This document shows, in pieces, positions 1-8,662 of a DNA stretch of 29,457 nucleotides (position 1 is the first letter of the stretch; each line of letters begins with the position of its first letter). The stretch comes from a virus. Position numbers and translations under genes: made by a program. The notes beneath the pieces were generated by a model. The model saw nothing but the letters and a program-made list of their open reading frames with translations. It was not told where the DNA came from and did no database searches. The stretch lies in IMG/VR virus record IMGVR_UViG_3300012932_000063; one strand, written 5' to 3'.

Positions 1-681
1 GCTGTATTTACTTATGTGCAGAAATGGATTGATGCAGGTTGTCCTATATCTAAAGTTAAGCAAAATATGCATCGTCAGAAAGTATGGGCTGGTATTATAG
101 GTGGTATTTTGCAAGACACTCGTTGGTATGATGATTTCTTAGGTAACACAGCTGAGCAGCGTATTCAGTCGGATTCTACTTATGTAAGATGGTCACATGC
201 TATGCGAGATTTAGCAAGACATATAAAATGCGAACCTGGTGCTATAGAGACTTTTCCATTTACAGTGTCTGAGGCTATGCCAATATGTAGTTATTTTGAT
301 TATGAGTTAGATGAGATCACTCTAAAGAAAAAAGTGTTTGAACGAGATGATCCTGATAGTTCTGATAACGATTTGGAAAAATACAGAGCACCTTTTTATG
401 GTCATGATCAGTTGGGTGAAGATATAGGCACAGAAAGAAAAAATTATCAGTCTAGATCAACAATATTAGGAATTCTTTTTAGAGATAAATCTAAAAATAA
501 CGGTACACCGTTTGGTAGTTGGAAAATCGTTGATGCTGGTCAATACCAACAGAGGAGAAGGTTTAAACTTGTATGGATTGGTGATGGTGATATACCTAAT
601 GAATTTTTAATCATAAATCATGATGAGTTTAATATAAGTGAGTCAGCAGAAGATATAGAAGATGATGGTATCAACCTATAA
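1..681 (+). CDS. C-terminal part of a probable phage primase/helicase-like replication protein (5' truncated by window)
   Basis: Frame is open from base 1 (AVFTYVQKW...). The pattern W-x-x-A-G-x-P...WAGIIGGIL...FLGN...D...W resembles C-termini of phage primase-associated proteins; acidic tail. Confidence 0.4.
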   Translation, partial: AVFTYVQKWIDAGCPISKVKQNMHRQKVWAGIIGGILQDTRWYDDFLGNTAEQRIQSDSTYVRWSHAMRDLARHIKCEPGAIETFPFTVSEAMPICSYFDYELDEITLKKKVFERDDPDSSDNDLEKYRAPFYGHDQLGEDIGTERKNYQSRSTILGILFRDKSKNNGTPFGSWKIVDAGQYQQRRRFKLVWIGDGDIPNEFLIINHDEFNISESAEDIEDDGINL

Positions 682-711
682 AATATAGCCCTTAAAAGGA
701 CGTTTTTTTAC

Positions 712-740
712 TTGACTTTTAAGGGAAAATATATTAAAAT
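712..740 (+). promoter_or_regulatory. sigma70-type promoter
   Basis: TTGACT (712-717), 17 bp, TAAAAT (735-740) in an intergenic region; a 10-bp inverted repeat CCCTTAAAAG/CTTTTAAGGG (689-698, 716-725) brackets the -35. Confidence 0.7.
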
Positions 741-867
741 ATAGTTGTTAATTGTGGTTAATTAATTTAGTAGCGATTTCTATTTATAATTTCTAAAGAC
801 ATTGGAAGTTCTGATAAGAATTTAGATAAAGATTAACAACTATAATTTGGTAAAAAGGAACGTTGAT

Positions 868-1626
868 ATGAAAGTTGCGTATCTTTCTGTGCAGACTCGT
901 GAAAAGGATATTAACTTTTCAGGTGAACCAGATGTGAGTTATGTTGGTCTTTGTTTAGAGAACTATACACATTATTCGTTAGATAATGGTAATACAGTTA
1001 TATACAATCTAAATTCAATGTCTGGACTTATAGATCGTTTAAGACACGCTAATATTGTTGTTTGTTTTAGTACCTATTGTTTTGATGTGTTGGACAAGTA
1101 TTATGATTCTAATAATCCTATGTATTATGATTTCTCAATATTTGATATTCAAGATATGGTGTTGGGTGAATTAGAACACAGGATATATTTAGAAACGGTA
1201 GCACAATCTGTAGGTTTAAGCAGAAAAGTTACAAATGGTTTAGCGTATGTATCTTTATGGGATTCAAATAGATTAGATGAACTTAAAAACGGTATTCTTA
1301 CAGATGTTGAAATTTTAAGAAGATCATTTGCTAAGATTATGACTTCCCAAAAATGGGAATTAATAGACCCGCGTACGGATGAGAAAATAATTTTAGATAT
1401 TTCTCAGTGGGGTCAAACCGCTATTGCTTTGTCTAAAGATTCTTTTTTCGAGAGAGTTGATTCTGCTATTGAATTAATTAAGAAAAACACTGAAGCATCA
1501 CATATAAGCGATATTCATGTAGATACAGCTGAATATCTGATAAAGAATTCACTTGTTAGTACATATAAAGATTCTGATGATGTCTTAAGACTTTATATTT
1601 CTGACGAGGAAGAATCTCAATTCTGA
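868..1626 (+). CDS. RNase H-like (YprB/RNase_H_2, DnaQ-like) domain protein, probably catalytically inactive
   Basis: Motif order matches the family: LRHANIVVCFS..FD, DIQDMV...LEHRIYLETVA, K..NGL....W....DELK..ILTDV. The ExoI D-x-E is replaced by S-V-Q. Start moved to ATG 868 behind AAGGAA. Confidence 0.6.
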   Translation: MKVAYLSVQTREKDINFSGEPDVSYVGLCLENYTHYSLDNGNTVIYNLNSMSGLIDRLRHANIVVCFSTYCFDVLDKYYDSNNPMYYDFSIFDIQDMVLGELEHRIYLETVAQSVGLSRKVTNGLAYVSLWDSNRLDELKNGILTDVEILRRSFAKIMTSQKWELIDPRTDEKIILDISQWGQTAIALSKDSFFERVDSAIELIKKNTEASHISDIHVDTAEYLIKNSLVSTYKDSDDVLRLYISDEEESQF

Positions 1627-1664
1627 TGTGTCTGATTCTTATATTTATTTAAAAGGGGTATACA

Positions 1665-2198
1665 ATGGCTTTCGAATTTACGAAAGAAGATGGCAAAACT
1701 TCAAGTATAGAACAGGATCCTAACAATCTTATTGCTCTTAGGTTCGGCGACAATCCTATGTCTTGGTATAACAGCAAGAGTAAAAGTATTGAGACTGTTG
1801 TTAATACGCAAAACGTGGCATATCCAAAAATTATGCATTTGCGTAGATCGCCTGAATTTAAAGCTGTAGCTGAGACTTTTCTTCAGAATAACGGCTATGA
1901 ACTTAATGAAGCAAATCTCAGACAAGCAGGTGTTCTTGGAGAGAAGAAGAAAGTAGTAAGACATGATCCACGTGCCTCCAAACATATCATTTGGGGTGAG
2001 ATTATTTCGGAATCTGACAACGAAATAGTTATTCGTACTTATCCACCTTTGAAGAATGAATTTGCCAATAGGTCAAAAAAAGAGTTGACTGAGGAAATTT
2101 TGACTTTACGCGATGAAGTAAAATCTCATAAATCAGCAACTGGTGTTGTTGAGGATGAAGCATCTGACACAGATGATTTGGAACATGCTTCTGAATAA
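1665..2198 (+). CDS. hypothetical protein with acidic C-terminal tail
   Basis: 177-aa ORF, RBS AAGGGG, short coiled coil and acidic tail. Confidence 0.75.
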   Translation: MAFEFTKEDGKTSSIEQDPNNLIALRFGDNPMSWYNSKSKSIETVVNTQNVAYPKIMHLRRSPEFKAVAETFLQNNGYELNEANLRQAGVLGEKKKVVRHDPRASKHIIWGEIISESDNEIVIRTYPPLKNEFANRSKKELTEEILTLRDEVKSHKSATGVVEDEASDTDDLEHASE

Positions 2199-2232
2199 CG
2201 AGTAACTATTAACTAACTTTTGATAACTAACC

Positions 2233-2283
2233 TATAAAGAGAGTATTATATAGATTTTATATCTATATAATACTCTCTTTATA
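2233..2283. repeat. perfect 23-bp inverted repeat (hairpin or terminator-like)
   Basis: TATAAAGAGAGTATTATATAGAT (2233-2255), 5-nt loop, exact reverse complement at 2261-2283. Confidence 0.9.
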
Positions 2284-2313
2284 TCAAGAGTATTAAATAT
2301 ATTAATTCAGGTA

Positions 2314-2354
2314 CTCCAGTCTAAAGCCTGGAGTCCCCAATCTGAAGAACCTGA
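2314..2354 (+). mobile_element. solo IS200/IS605-type end hairpin remnant
   Basis: 29 of 36 aligned positions identical (hand alignment) to the end hairpin downstream of the IsrB/IscB gene at 29039-29004 on the - strand; both are followed by NN-CTGA. Confidence 0.6.
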
Positions 2355-2363
2355 AGGAGTTTT

Positions 2364-3173
2364 ATGATGTTGCTATCTCAAGCTGTAGATGAGTTTATAG
2401 AAACACTTAGACCTCTATATATAGACGAAACTAAGTTTTATGATACTTTTCCTGGTAATAGACAAAGTGATCCACCAGTAGAGATATTAAACGTACATTC
2501 AGTTAGACTTTTTGCATCTATAGCTGGTATAGGTATTAAAGAAGGATCGACTAAAGTTTTAGAAGAACCTGATTTATCAGATCCGAATTCTGAGGTTATT
2601 ATTTCTGCTTATGCTATATGGCTTCATGATTCACATCTATTAGCGGAAAGACTGGAAGAAACAGGTCGTGGTGCTTATGCTGAAATTACACAAAAAACGC
2701 ATAGGTTTCCCAAAGGTGGTGGTGATCCTTATATTAACCCTAATTATAGAGAAACGGGTTTTTCAAGAGCACAAAGAAATGCTATGTTAGGTTTAATTCC
2801 TGCAAGATATGTCATACAGAGAATTAAGCAGCTAACAATTGAGAAAAACGAAGTGCGTAGCATGGCAGAAAAAGTTTCTAAGGCAAGAGCTTCTGCTCAA
2901 GGTAAAGCCCGTATTGTGGAAGGATATGGTATAGCATCTATAGATACGCTTGAGAAAGTGAAATCTATAAGAGGTGATAACATAGAAGAATGGAATGTTA
3001 CAGATTGGAATTATCTAGAGTCTGAATTAGATTTAGTGATTTCTAATCATACACCTTCTGAATCAACCGAATCTGAGGGCTTAGATGAAGAAGTTGATTC
3101 TTTGCCTGAAGAAGAAATATCTTCGGAAGAATTAACTGCTGAAGAAGCATCTGAAGAACAAGGCGAATTTTAG
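2364..3173 (+). CDS. probable ssDNA-annealing recombinase (Rad52/Sak/Erf-like superfamily)
   Basis: ETGFSRAQRNAMLGLIP resembles the conserved SSAP helix; very acidic C-tail; RBS GAAGGAG; sits in a recombination neighbourhood. Confidence 0.45.
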   Translation: MMLLSQAVDEFIETLRPLYIDETKFYDTFPGNRQSDPPVEILNVHSVRLFASIAGIGIKEGSTKVLEEPDLSDPNSEVIISAYAIWLHDSHLLAERLEETGRGAYAEITQKTHRFPKGGGDPYINPNYRETGFSRAQRNAMLGLIPARYVIQRIKQLTIEKNEVRSMAEKVSKARASAQGKARIVEGYGIASIDTLEKVKSIRGDNIEEWNVTDWNYLESELDLVISNHTPSESTESEGLDEEVDSLPEEEISSEELTAEEASEEQGEF

Positions 3174-3177
3174 TTTG

Positions 3178-3219
3178 AAACCTATAATATTTAGGTTTTC
3201 AACTAAATATTATAGGTTT
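3178..3219. terminator. 17-bp inverted repeat, probable terminator or operator
   Basis: AAACCTATAATATTTAG (3178-3194) / CTAAATATTATAGGTTT (3203-3219), directly after a stop codon and directly before a promoter. Confidence 0.6.
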
Positions 3220-3224
3220 TCCTC

Positions 3225-3253
3225 TTGACAAAAAATCCGAACTCTGATATAAT
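3225..3253 (+). promoter_or_regulatory. consensus sigma70 promoter
   Basis: TTGACA, 17 bp, TATAAT, with the extended TGn motif. Confidence 0.9.
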
Positions 3254-3281
3254 ATGTATATTATAAGATTGAATTGTATAT

Positions 3282-4382
3282 GTGAGGTATATATCAGTGG
3301 AAGATCAGATTACTCTTTTTGAAACAGAAAATATGTTAAGTTCGGAATTTTCTCAAGATGCATTGGATACTATTATATCTAACACCAGTTGTTTTATAAC
3401 CTACATGGGGGCGAAAACACAAGCTAGGTCTACTATTTTTTCGTGTTACCCTGAAGATATGACAGAGATCGTTTCACCATTTATTGGTGGCGGCAGCTTT
3501 GAGCTATATGCAGCGTCAAGAGGTATTAGAGTTTATGCGCATGATAAATATGATTTATTGGTAAAATTGTGGGATATTATGTTAACACGTGCGCATGATG
3601 TTTCTAAATTGGTGTACGAGAAATTTCCTATGGATCCGGACTATCTTAATCATCTTGTAATTTCTGGTGAAATTTATAATATAAAAGATGATCTAGATTT
3701 TGCTAGCACAGCTATCTGTATTTCTAAGCAGGGTTTTAACGGTTTTTTTATAGGACACACTTATTTTCGTGATTCTAAATATCCGAAATATATTTACAAG
3801 AGAGACCCTGAGAAACCTTATATGGTGGGTTCTAAGGGCGATAGAATACCTAATCCTGATTATGAGATTAAATTTGAGAAAGGTACATTGATGCGTCCAC
3901 AAGACTGGAAAAATTGGCGTGTACCTAATCTGTCTGTTATAGAACAAGATTGGCAAGTAACGCTCAAACAATATCATAATCAATTGATGTATTGTGATCC
4001 GCCTTATGCTGAAGAAAAACAGCAAAGATATTATGGTCCTTATAGAACTAAAAGAGGTACGCCTGAACTAATCAGAGAGTGGACTTTTGATCACCATGGA
4101 TTTGCTGAAGCTATGAAAAATCACAATAACGGCTGGGCTTTGTCTTATTTGGATCATCCTCTGATTCGAGAGTTATATGCAGATTATGATGTGCTGTTTT
4201 TAGAATGGGCGCAAGGATCGCTTGGTTCTCAGATGAAACATGACTGCAAATCTAATAAAGAAATTTTAATTCTTAAATCGCCAGTCAGTCATCCGCAAGC
4301 CGTGAAATATGCAGATGTACCCAAGTTTGAAGGCCCTTCCGTGATTCATAGGGATATTATGCAACTGAGTATGGAAATTTAA
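3282..4382 (+). CDS. DNA adenine methyltransferase (D12/Dam class)
   Basis: YMGAK, SPFIGGGS (SAM binding), GFNG, YCDPPY catalytic motif, WALSY..HPLIRELY. The start may be GTG 3297 behind GAGGT. Confidence 0.93.
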   Translation: MRYISVEDQITLFETENMLSSEFSQDALDTIISNTSCFITYMGAKTQARSTIFSCYPEDMTEIVSPFIGGGSFELYAASRGIRVYAHDKYDLLVKLWDIMLTRAHDVSKLVYEKFPMDPDYLNHLVISGEIYNIKDDLDFASTAICISKQGFNGFFIGHTYFRDSKYPKYIYKRDPEKPYMVGSKGDRIPNPDYEIKFEKGTLMRPQDWKNWRVPNLSVIEQDWQVTLKQYHNQLMYCDPPYAEEKQQRYYGPYRTKRGTPELIREWTFDHHGFAEAMKNHNNGWALSYLDHPLIRELYADYDVLFLEWAQGSLGSQMKHDCKSNKEILILKSPVSHPQAVKYADVPKFEGPSVIHRDIMQLSMEI

Positions 4383-4396
4383 ATAGGTGATATATT

Positions 4397-4822
4397 ATGT
4401 ATGATGAACCCATGGAGTGTATACGGTTGCCAGTGAAGCCTTTGTCCCAAAATGATGCTTGGAAGATGAACAAAAAAGGCTATATGTATAAAACTGCTGA
4501 GTATTATGCCTATCAAGAAGAGATATTAAAGTTTTTGGAGTTAAAGCCTCTTCATATACCTGAAGGTCAGTTGTTAATTTTCAAAGCTAATTTTGGTACG
4601 GCATATATAGATTTAGATAATTGTGAAAAACCTTTTATAGATATTTTAGAAAAGGCTTATGGTTTTAATGATAGCACTATCCATGAAATACATGTCAAAA
4701 AACATAAAGTAGGTAAAGGTTTAGAGTATATAGAATTCGCTTTTTATCCTCTTGAAGATTTTTTACCTATGGATTTTGTTAATTCGCCAAGAAGTACTTA
4801 TAAAATTTTAACTATGAACTAG
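4397..4822 (+). CDS. rusA: RusA-family Holliday junction resolvase
   Basis: KPLSQN.AW; DLDNCEKPFIDIL....FND catalytic motif. Confidence 0.85.
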   Translation: MYDEPMECIRLPVKPLSQNDAWKMNKKGYMYKTAEYYAYQEEILKFLELKPLHIPEGQLLIFKANFGTAYIDLDNCEKPFIDILEKAYGFNDSTIHEIHVKKHKVGKGLEYIEFAFYPLEDFLPMDFVNSPRSTYKILTMN

Positions 4823-4827
4823 AAGTA

Positions 4828-4900
4828 GGTCCCGTAGTTCAAAGGTTAGAGCACCTGTCTCATAAACAGGTAGTTGCAGGTTCGAGTCCTGCCGGGACCA
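4828..4900 (+). tRNA. tRNA with CAT anticodon, likely tRNA-Ile2 (lysidine) rather than elongator Met
   Basis: Acceptor GGTCCCG/CGGGACC, anticodon arm CCTGT-CTCATAA-ACAGG, T-loop TTCGAGT. C4:G69 and C5:G68 pairs are as in Ile2 tRNAs. No encoded CCA. Confidence 0.88.
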
Positions 4901-4954
4901 TTTCAAATTAATTAAAGGTAATCCTATGGATATTATATAGTGAGAATAGATTAA

Positions 4955-5026
4955 TGCAGGGTGATTCAGTGGTTGAATACCAGGCTCATAACCTGGGTTA
5001 GGTGGGTTCGATTCCCACCCCTGCAA
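4955..5026 (+). tRNA. tRNA-Met(CAT), initiator-like
   Basis: Acceptor TGCAGGG/CCCTGCA with a weak U1:A72 pair, anticodon arm CCAGG-CTCATAA-CCTGG, T-loop TTCGATT. Confidence 0.88.
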
Positions 5027-5045
5027 TAGATATAAAAATTATGAC

Positions 5046-5073
5046 TTGACAAAAATTAATTCTATGATATAAT
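5046..5073 (+). promoter_or_regulatory. consensus sigma70 promoter
   Basis: TTGACA, 16 bp, TATAAT with TGn; shares the CTTGACAAAAA...TGATATAATA context with the 3225 promoter. Confidence 0.85.
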
Positions 5074-5085
5074 AGGTGTAATTAA

Positions 5086-5298
5086 ATGGAACAAACTCAT
5101 ATTATCAAAGTATATCTATCAGGTAATAATAGTAACTCCTATGCTATTATGGGCTACGCGAAAGATGCGTTAAGAAGCCTTGGACAACCAGAAGAATTAA
5201 TACAAGAGTATTGTGACAAAGCAATTAATGTTGATTATAACACTTTGATAGATATGACAAAGGAATATGTCGGTGATTCTATAGAGTTTGTTGAATAG
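5086..5298 (+). CDS. small conserved phage hypothetical protein
   Basis: L.G..SN.YAIMG...ALR.LG...DY..L pattern typical of a small phage family; first gene after a promoter; RBS AGGTG. Confidence 0.7.
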   Translation: MEQTHIIKVYLSGNNSNSYAIMGYAKDALRSLGQPEELIQEYCDKAINVDYNTLIDMTKEYVGDSIEFVE

Positions 5299-5307
5299 AG
5301 GTGTGTT

Positions 5308-5679
5308 ATGACTATGCTTGTCAATTTCGCCACTTGTGAGAAATTGCTGCCGCTTTATGTTGTTGATAAAGAGTTTCCGGTGATGGCTAAGCTTTATATT
5401 AATGACAAGAGAGTAGAAGCTCTGGTTTCTATGGGCGGCGAATGGATATTGATTAAGCCGGATAAAGATAGACGCGAAGTCTATAAATATGATTTAGATG
5501 AATATCACGATATTGATGTGGACATGCAAGGTTTCATAGAAAACAAAGTAAATATACCTACAGGAGAGTTATGCTATAACTCTACATGGTATAAAAAATT
5601 CATGAAATATAAGCACCACTTTGAAATGGTAAGTGCGCATAATTTTAAGGAGTTAAAGAGAAAAGATGGGTCAGTTTGA
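5308..5679 (+). CDS. hypothetical protein
   Basis: 123-aa ORF, RBS GAGGTG, tightly packed. Confidence 0.75.
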   Translation: MTMLVNFATCEKLLPLYVVDKEFPVMAKLYINDKRVEALVSMGGEWILIKPDKDRREVYKYDLDEYHDIDVDMQGFIENKVNIPTGELCYNSTWYKKFMKYKHHFEMVSAHNFKELKRKDGSV

Positions 5680-5956
5680 AACAACTTCTGTATATGATTA
5701 TATTCTATCAATACAGAGTATGGGAGATATTAAAGTACCTGTTGACACAAAGAATATAGGGGCTTTAGAACATTATATACAAGGAGAAGTATCTGAAGAA
5801 CGCGCTCTGGCACATGAGATAGCCGCTTATAATTTGAAACCAATAGGAGACAAAAACGCTGAGATATTGTTTTGTGCGTTTCAGTTAGTACATAAAGCAT
5901 ATCTTAACGCAAGGAAAGTAAACCCGGAGGACACACAATCCGGTCCGTCAAATTAA
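5666..5956 (+). CDS. hypothetical protein
   Basis: 96-aa ORF, AAGGAG upstream, short overlap with the previous gene. Confidence 0.7.
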   Translation: MGQFETTSVYDYILSIQSMGDIKVPVDTKNIGALEHYIQGEVSEERALAHEIAAYNLKPIGDKNAEILFCAFQLVHKAYLNARKVNPEDTQSGPSN

Positions 5957-5967
5957 GGAGATATAAA

Positions 5968-6771
5968 ATGTCTGAAAAACAAGGTTATGATAAGAGTAAA
6001 AAACACCCCGTAACAGTTGATTTAACAGCTGAACAGATGGATATTTTCTTTGAAAATAAACAGCGAAGAGGTATCAAGACTAATGCTGAATATTTACGAA
6101 GATTGATTCGTTCAGATAGTGAAGGTGATGGTAATTCTCTCATTGATCTTGAACAAACCAAGGATCAACTTGCTGATGCTGAGAAAAAACTTAAAGGGGC
6201 AGAAAAAGAAATTAAGTTTAAATCTCAGCAAGCTAAAGAAAATGCCAATTTAGCAAATGACAGATTAGGTATGCTTGAGAGTGCTGAAGCTGAGGTTTCT
6301 CATTTGCATAACAAGGTTTCTGAACTTTCTAAAGGCAAAGGTGATTGGATGAATGCTTTTGTCTGTTTGGAATTGGCAATTATTAATGCGGATATTGAGG
6401 AGTTGAAAAATATTAGTCATCCGGCATTAGAAGATGAGAATCTTCCAAGGATTAATAATATTAGGGACATTATTGCAGAATCTAATCCAGTTCTTGTAAA
6501 AGAATTAAAAAGTCAAATTGAGAATAAAGAGAAACAGATTGTTGATACTTGGGTTATCATAGGCAATCTTGAGGATGCTATTAACAGATTAGATATAGAT
6601 CATATCCATGCTTTGAAAATCACTGAAGAAGGTGGTGAATTAGGTATAAGTCAGGAGAGAAAAGAAGTCCTGACAAATTCTATCAAAATGGCTATAGAAT
6701 ACAGAGATAAGGTGTGTAAGCCTTCCTTCGGATTTACACTTAAACAATTGTGGAGGTCAATTTTCAAGTGA
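5968..6771 (+). CDS. ribbon-helix-helix DNA-binding domain fused to a long coiled coil
   Basis: PVTVDLTAEQMDIF...GIKTNAEYLRRLI fits an RHH (CopG/MobC-like) domain; heptad-rich region follows; RBS AAGGAG. Confidence 0.55.
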   Translation: MSEKQGYDKSKKHPVTVDLTAEQMDIFFENKQRRGIKTNAEYLRRLIRSDSEGDGNSLIDLEQTKDQLADAEKKLKGAEKEIKFKSQQAKENANLANDRLGMLESAEAEVSHLHNKVSELSKGKGDWMNAFVCLELAIINADIEELKNISHPALEDENLPRINNIRDIIAESNPVLVKELKSQIENKEKQIVDTWVIIGNLEDAINRLDIDHIHALKITEEGGELGISQERKEVLTNSIKMAIEYRDKVCKPSFGFTLKQLWRSIFK

Positions 6772-7376
6772 AAGAAATTCAGAAGGGTAAGTTTATCTCT
6801 TTTTCTGGTATTGATGGTGTGGGTAAGTCTACGATGATGTATATGGTTGCACATCATTTGCAGAAGTCTGGTATTGAACATCGTATTACCGATGAACCTT
6901 CTACATTTGGTAAATCTAAACATATTAGAAAACTTGTTAAAGAAAAGGATTTTAGTGACAACGCAACTTTATGTTTAGTGACTGCTGCAAGGGTAGAGAC
7001 TATAAATCATCTCATTAAACCCACACTTGAAAGTGGAGGTCATGTTTTAACTCATAGGTGGTTAGCTGATTCCAGGGCTTATCAGGATTACAAATTGGCT
7101 GGTGAACTTCATAAATTATTATGTGATAATCTAATGCCGGATTTACAGTTGGTATTAGATGCACCGGTTCAAGTATGTGTTGAACGTATAAAATCTCGTG
7201 ATAATAACGAACCACTTGACAGATTTGACATGGCACCTGAAGAAGTTATGGAATCCAGAAGAAGCATGTTCTTAAGACAAGTGTTTGAACCAGGTGTCGC
7301 AATAATAGACGCAAACTATACCAAGGAAATTGTTTTTGATAACATTATGAAACATCTCAAAGAGGTACTTAAGTGA
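6768..7376 (+). CDS. tmk: thymidylate (dTMP) kinase family protein
   Basis: P-loop GIDGVGKST, AAR...IKP.L..G..VL.HRW..S.AYQ, PDL..VLD. GTG start overlaps the previous stop (GTGA), behind GGAGG. Confidence 0.88.
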   Translation: MKEIQKGKFISFSGIDGVGKSTMMYMVAHHLQKSGIEHRITDEPSTFGKSKHIRKLVKEKDFSDNATLCLVTAARVETINHLIKPTLESGGHVLTHRWLADSRAYQDYKLAGELHKLLCDNLMPDLQLVLDAPVQVCVERIKSRDNNEPLDRFDMAPEEVMESRRSMFLRQVFEPGVAIIDANYTKEIVFDNIMKHLKEVLK

Positions 7377-7714
7377 AATCCAATAGATGTCTTTTCGCGT
7401 TTTTTGTGCCTGTTTTTATTTTTGTGTTTGTAGTAACAACTTTGTTTTTGAAAGGTTGTTCAAACGAAAGCAATGCCGGTAGTTCTATAAAAAACGAAAT
7501 AGAATCTGTTTCTCAAAATATAGATTTAGATGTGTTTAGTTGGTCTGATATAGAGATTCGTGATAAAATGAATAACATCTATTCTCAGATTCAGGTTCTG
7601 AAGACCAAATCTAATAACTCGTCTATAACCAGAGATAGATATTTTTATTATTCAAATCTGCTGGGTATGGAATTACAGATATTGCAACATGCAGATTATG
7701 TAAACGATAGGTAA
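7373..7714 (+). CDS. hypothetical exported or membrane-anchored protein
   Basis: N-terminal hydrophobic segment ending in LKGC (possible lipobox); GTGA overlap. Confidence 0.65.
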   Translation: MKSNRCLFAFFVPVFIFVFVVTTLFLKGCSNESNAGSSIKNEIESVSQNIDLDVFSWSDIEIRDKMNNIYSQIQVLKTKSNNSSITRDRYFYYSNLLGMELQILQHADYVNDR

Positions 7715-7720
7715 GCATCA

Positions 7721-8053
7721 ATGCCATCTAAAACTAATTATGATTATTTCAGGTACAAGGACACGTATATGTATTACTATAATATACATATACCCACAAC
7801 AGGTTTTAAATTTGCTGAAGGTCGTGTCCTTGTCTGGGATGCTGATTATGCTACAAGTGTGTATCTTATCAAGGAAAAGATCCACGACACAGCGGTATGG
7901 GTCTGGTTTCAGATGCTTGATAAAGATGACAGGTATGTGATACAGAAATATCAGCGTGAGGGTTTTGATTGGATCAAAGCGGAAGAATCTTTTGGTAAAG
8001 TGCCGTATATTAGTTATAACCCTTTTAAGGAGGACAATTATGCCGCAATGTAG
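7721..8053 (+). CDS. hypothetical protein
   Basis: 110-aa aromatic-rich ORF in the operon. Confidence 0.65.
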   Translation: MPSKTNYDYFRYKDTYMYYYNIHIPTTGFKFAEGRVLVWDADYATSVYLIKEKIHDTAVWVWFQMLDKDDRYVIQKYQREGFDWIKAEESFGKVPYISYNPFKEDNYAAM

Positions 8054-8231
8054 AGAAAACAGAAAAACAAGAGAAGCTCGTAGAAAGAGAGAACGTGTAA
8101 GACTTTTCAAACAGCATCATGAATCTTTAAGTGCTAATCCAATGCACATCACAAAATATCAAGAGGTGCATGATCATTTTGAAACACAAAAACGGATTAA
8201 TAACTATTCACCTTTAAATCATAAGGAGTAA
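8040..8231 (+). CDS. small basic hypothetical protein
   Basis: ATG 8040 behind AAGGAGG; in frame with the 7956 ORF. Confidence 0.6.
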   Translation: MPQCRENRKTREARRKRERVRLFKQHHESLSANPMHITKYQEVHDHFETQKRINNYSPLNHKE

Positions 8232-8235
8232 TATA

Positions 8236-8607
8236 GTGAACACTTTTCAACAAGAAAAAGAACGAATCAAGGATATGGTTTTAGAGGATATTAGCTTCTT
8301 AATAATTCCTGATTTTTGTAATATCAATTTTGGCAACTTAGAAGAAAGAGTTAAATATAGGATCAAAGAGGAATTTGATATAAATATAGTTAATGTGGCG
8401 GATGTTCTTAACGCGGGCCTGATATACGCAGAAAATTATTGGGATGGCACAGAAGTTTACTGCAATTTTACTGAAGGCCATCGTGGTGTAGGCAAGAAAC
8501 TCAGTATTAACAAAATAATGGATTGTGCAAAACAGACAATTTGTGATGATATTTGCGATGCTATAATAAGTAACTATGTTGTTTCTGTTGTAAAACAGGA
8601 GAAGTAG
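8236..8607 (+). CDS. hypothetical protein
   Basis: GTG start behind AAGGAG. Confidence 0.7.
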   Translation: MNTFQQEKERIKDMVLEDISFLIIPDFCNINFGNLEERVKYRIKEEFDINIVNVADVLNAGLIYAENYWDGTEVYCNFTEGHRGVGKKLSINKIMDCAKQTICDDICDAIISNYVVSVVKQEK

Positions 8608-8662
8608 TAATCATGTCCAGAAATAATTATACTATTTCTATTAACAAAAAGGAGAATTAGAA

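Noticed and set aside
4808-5026. 72-aa - strand ORF
   Set aside because: Antisense shadow of two tRNA genes.
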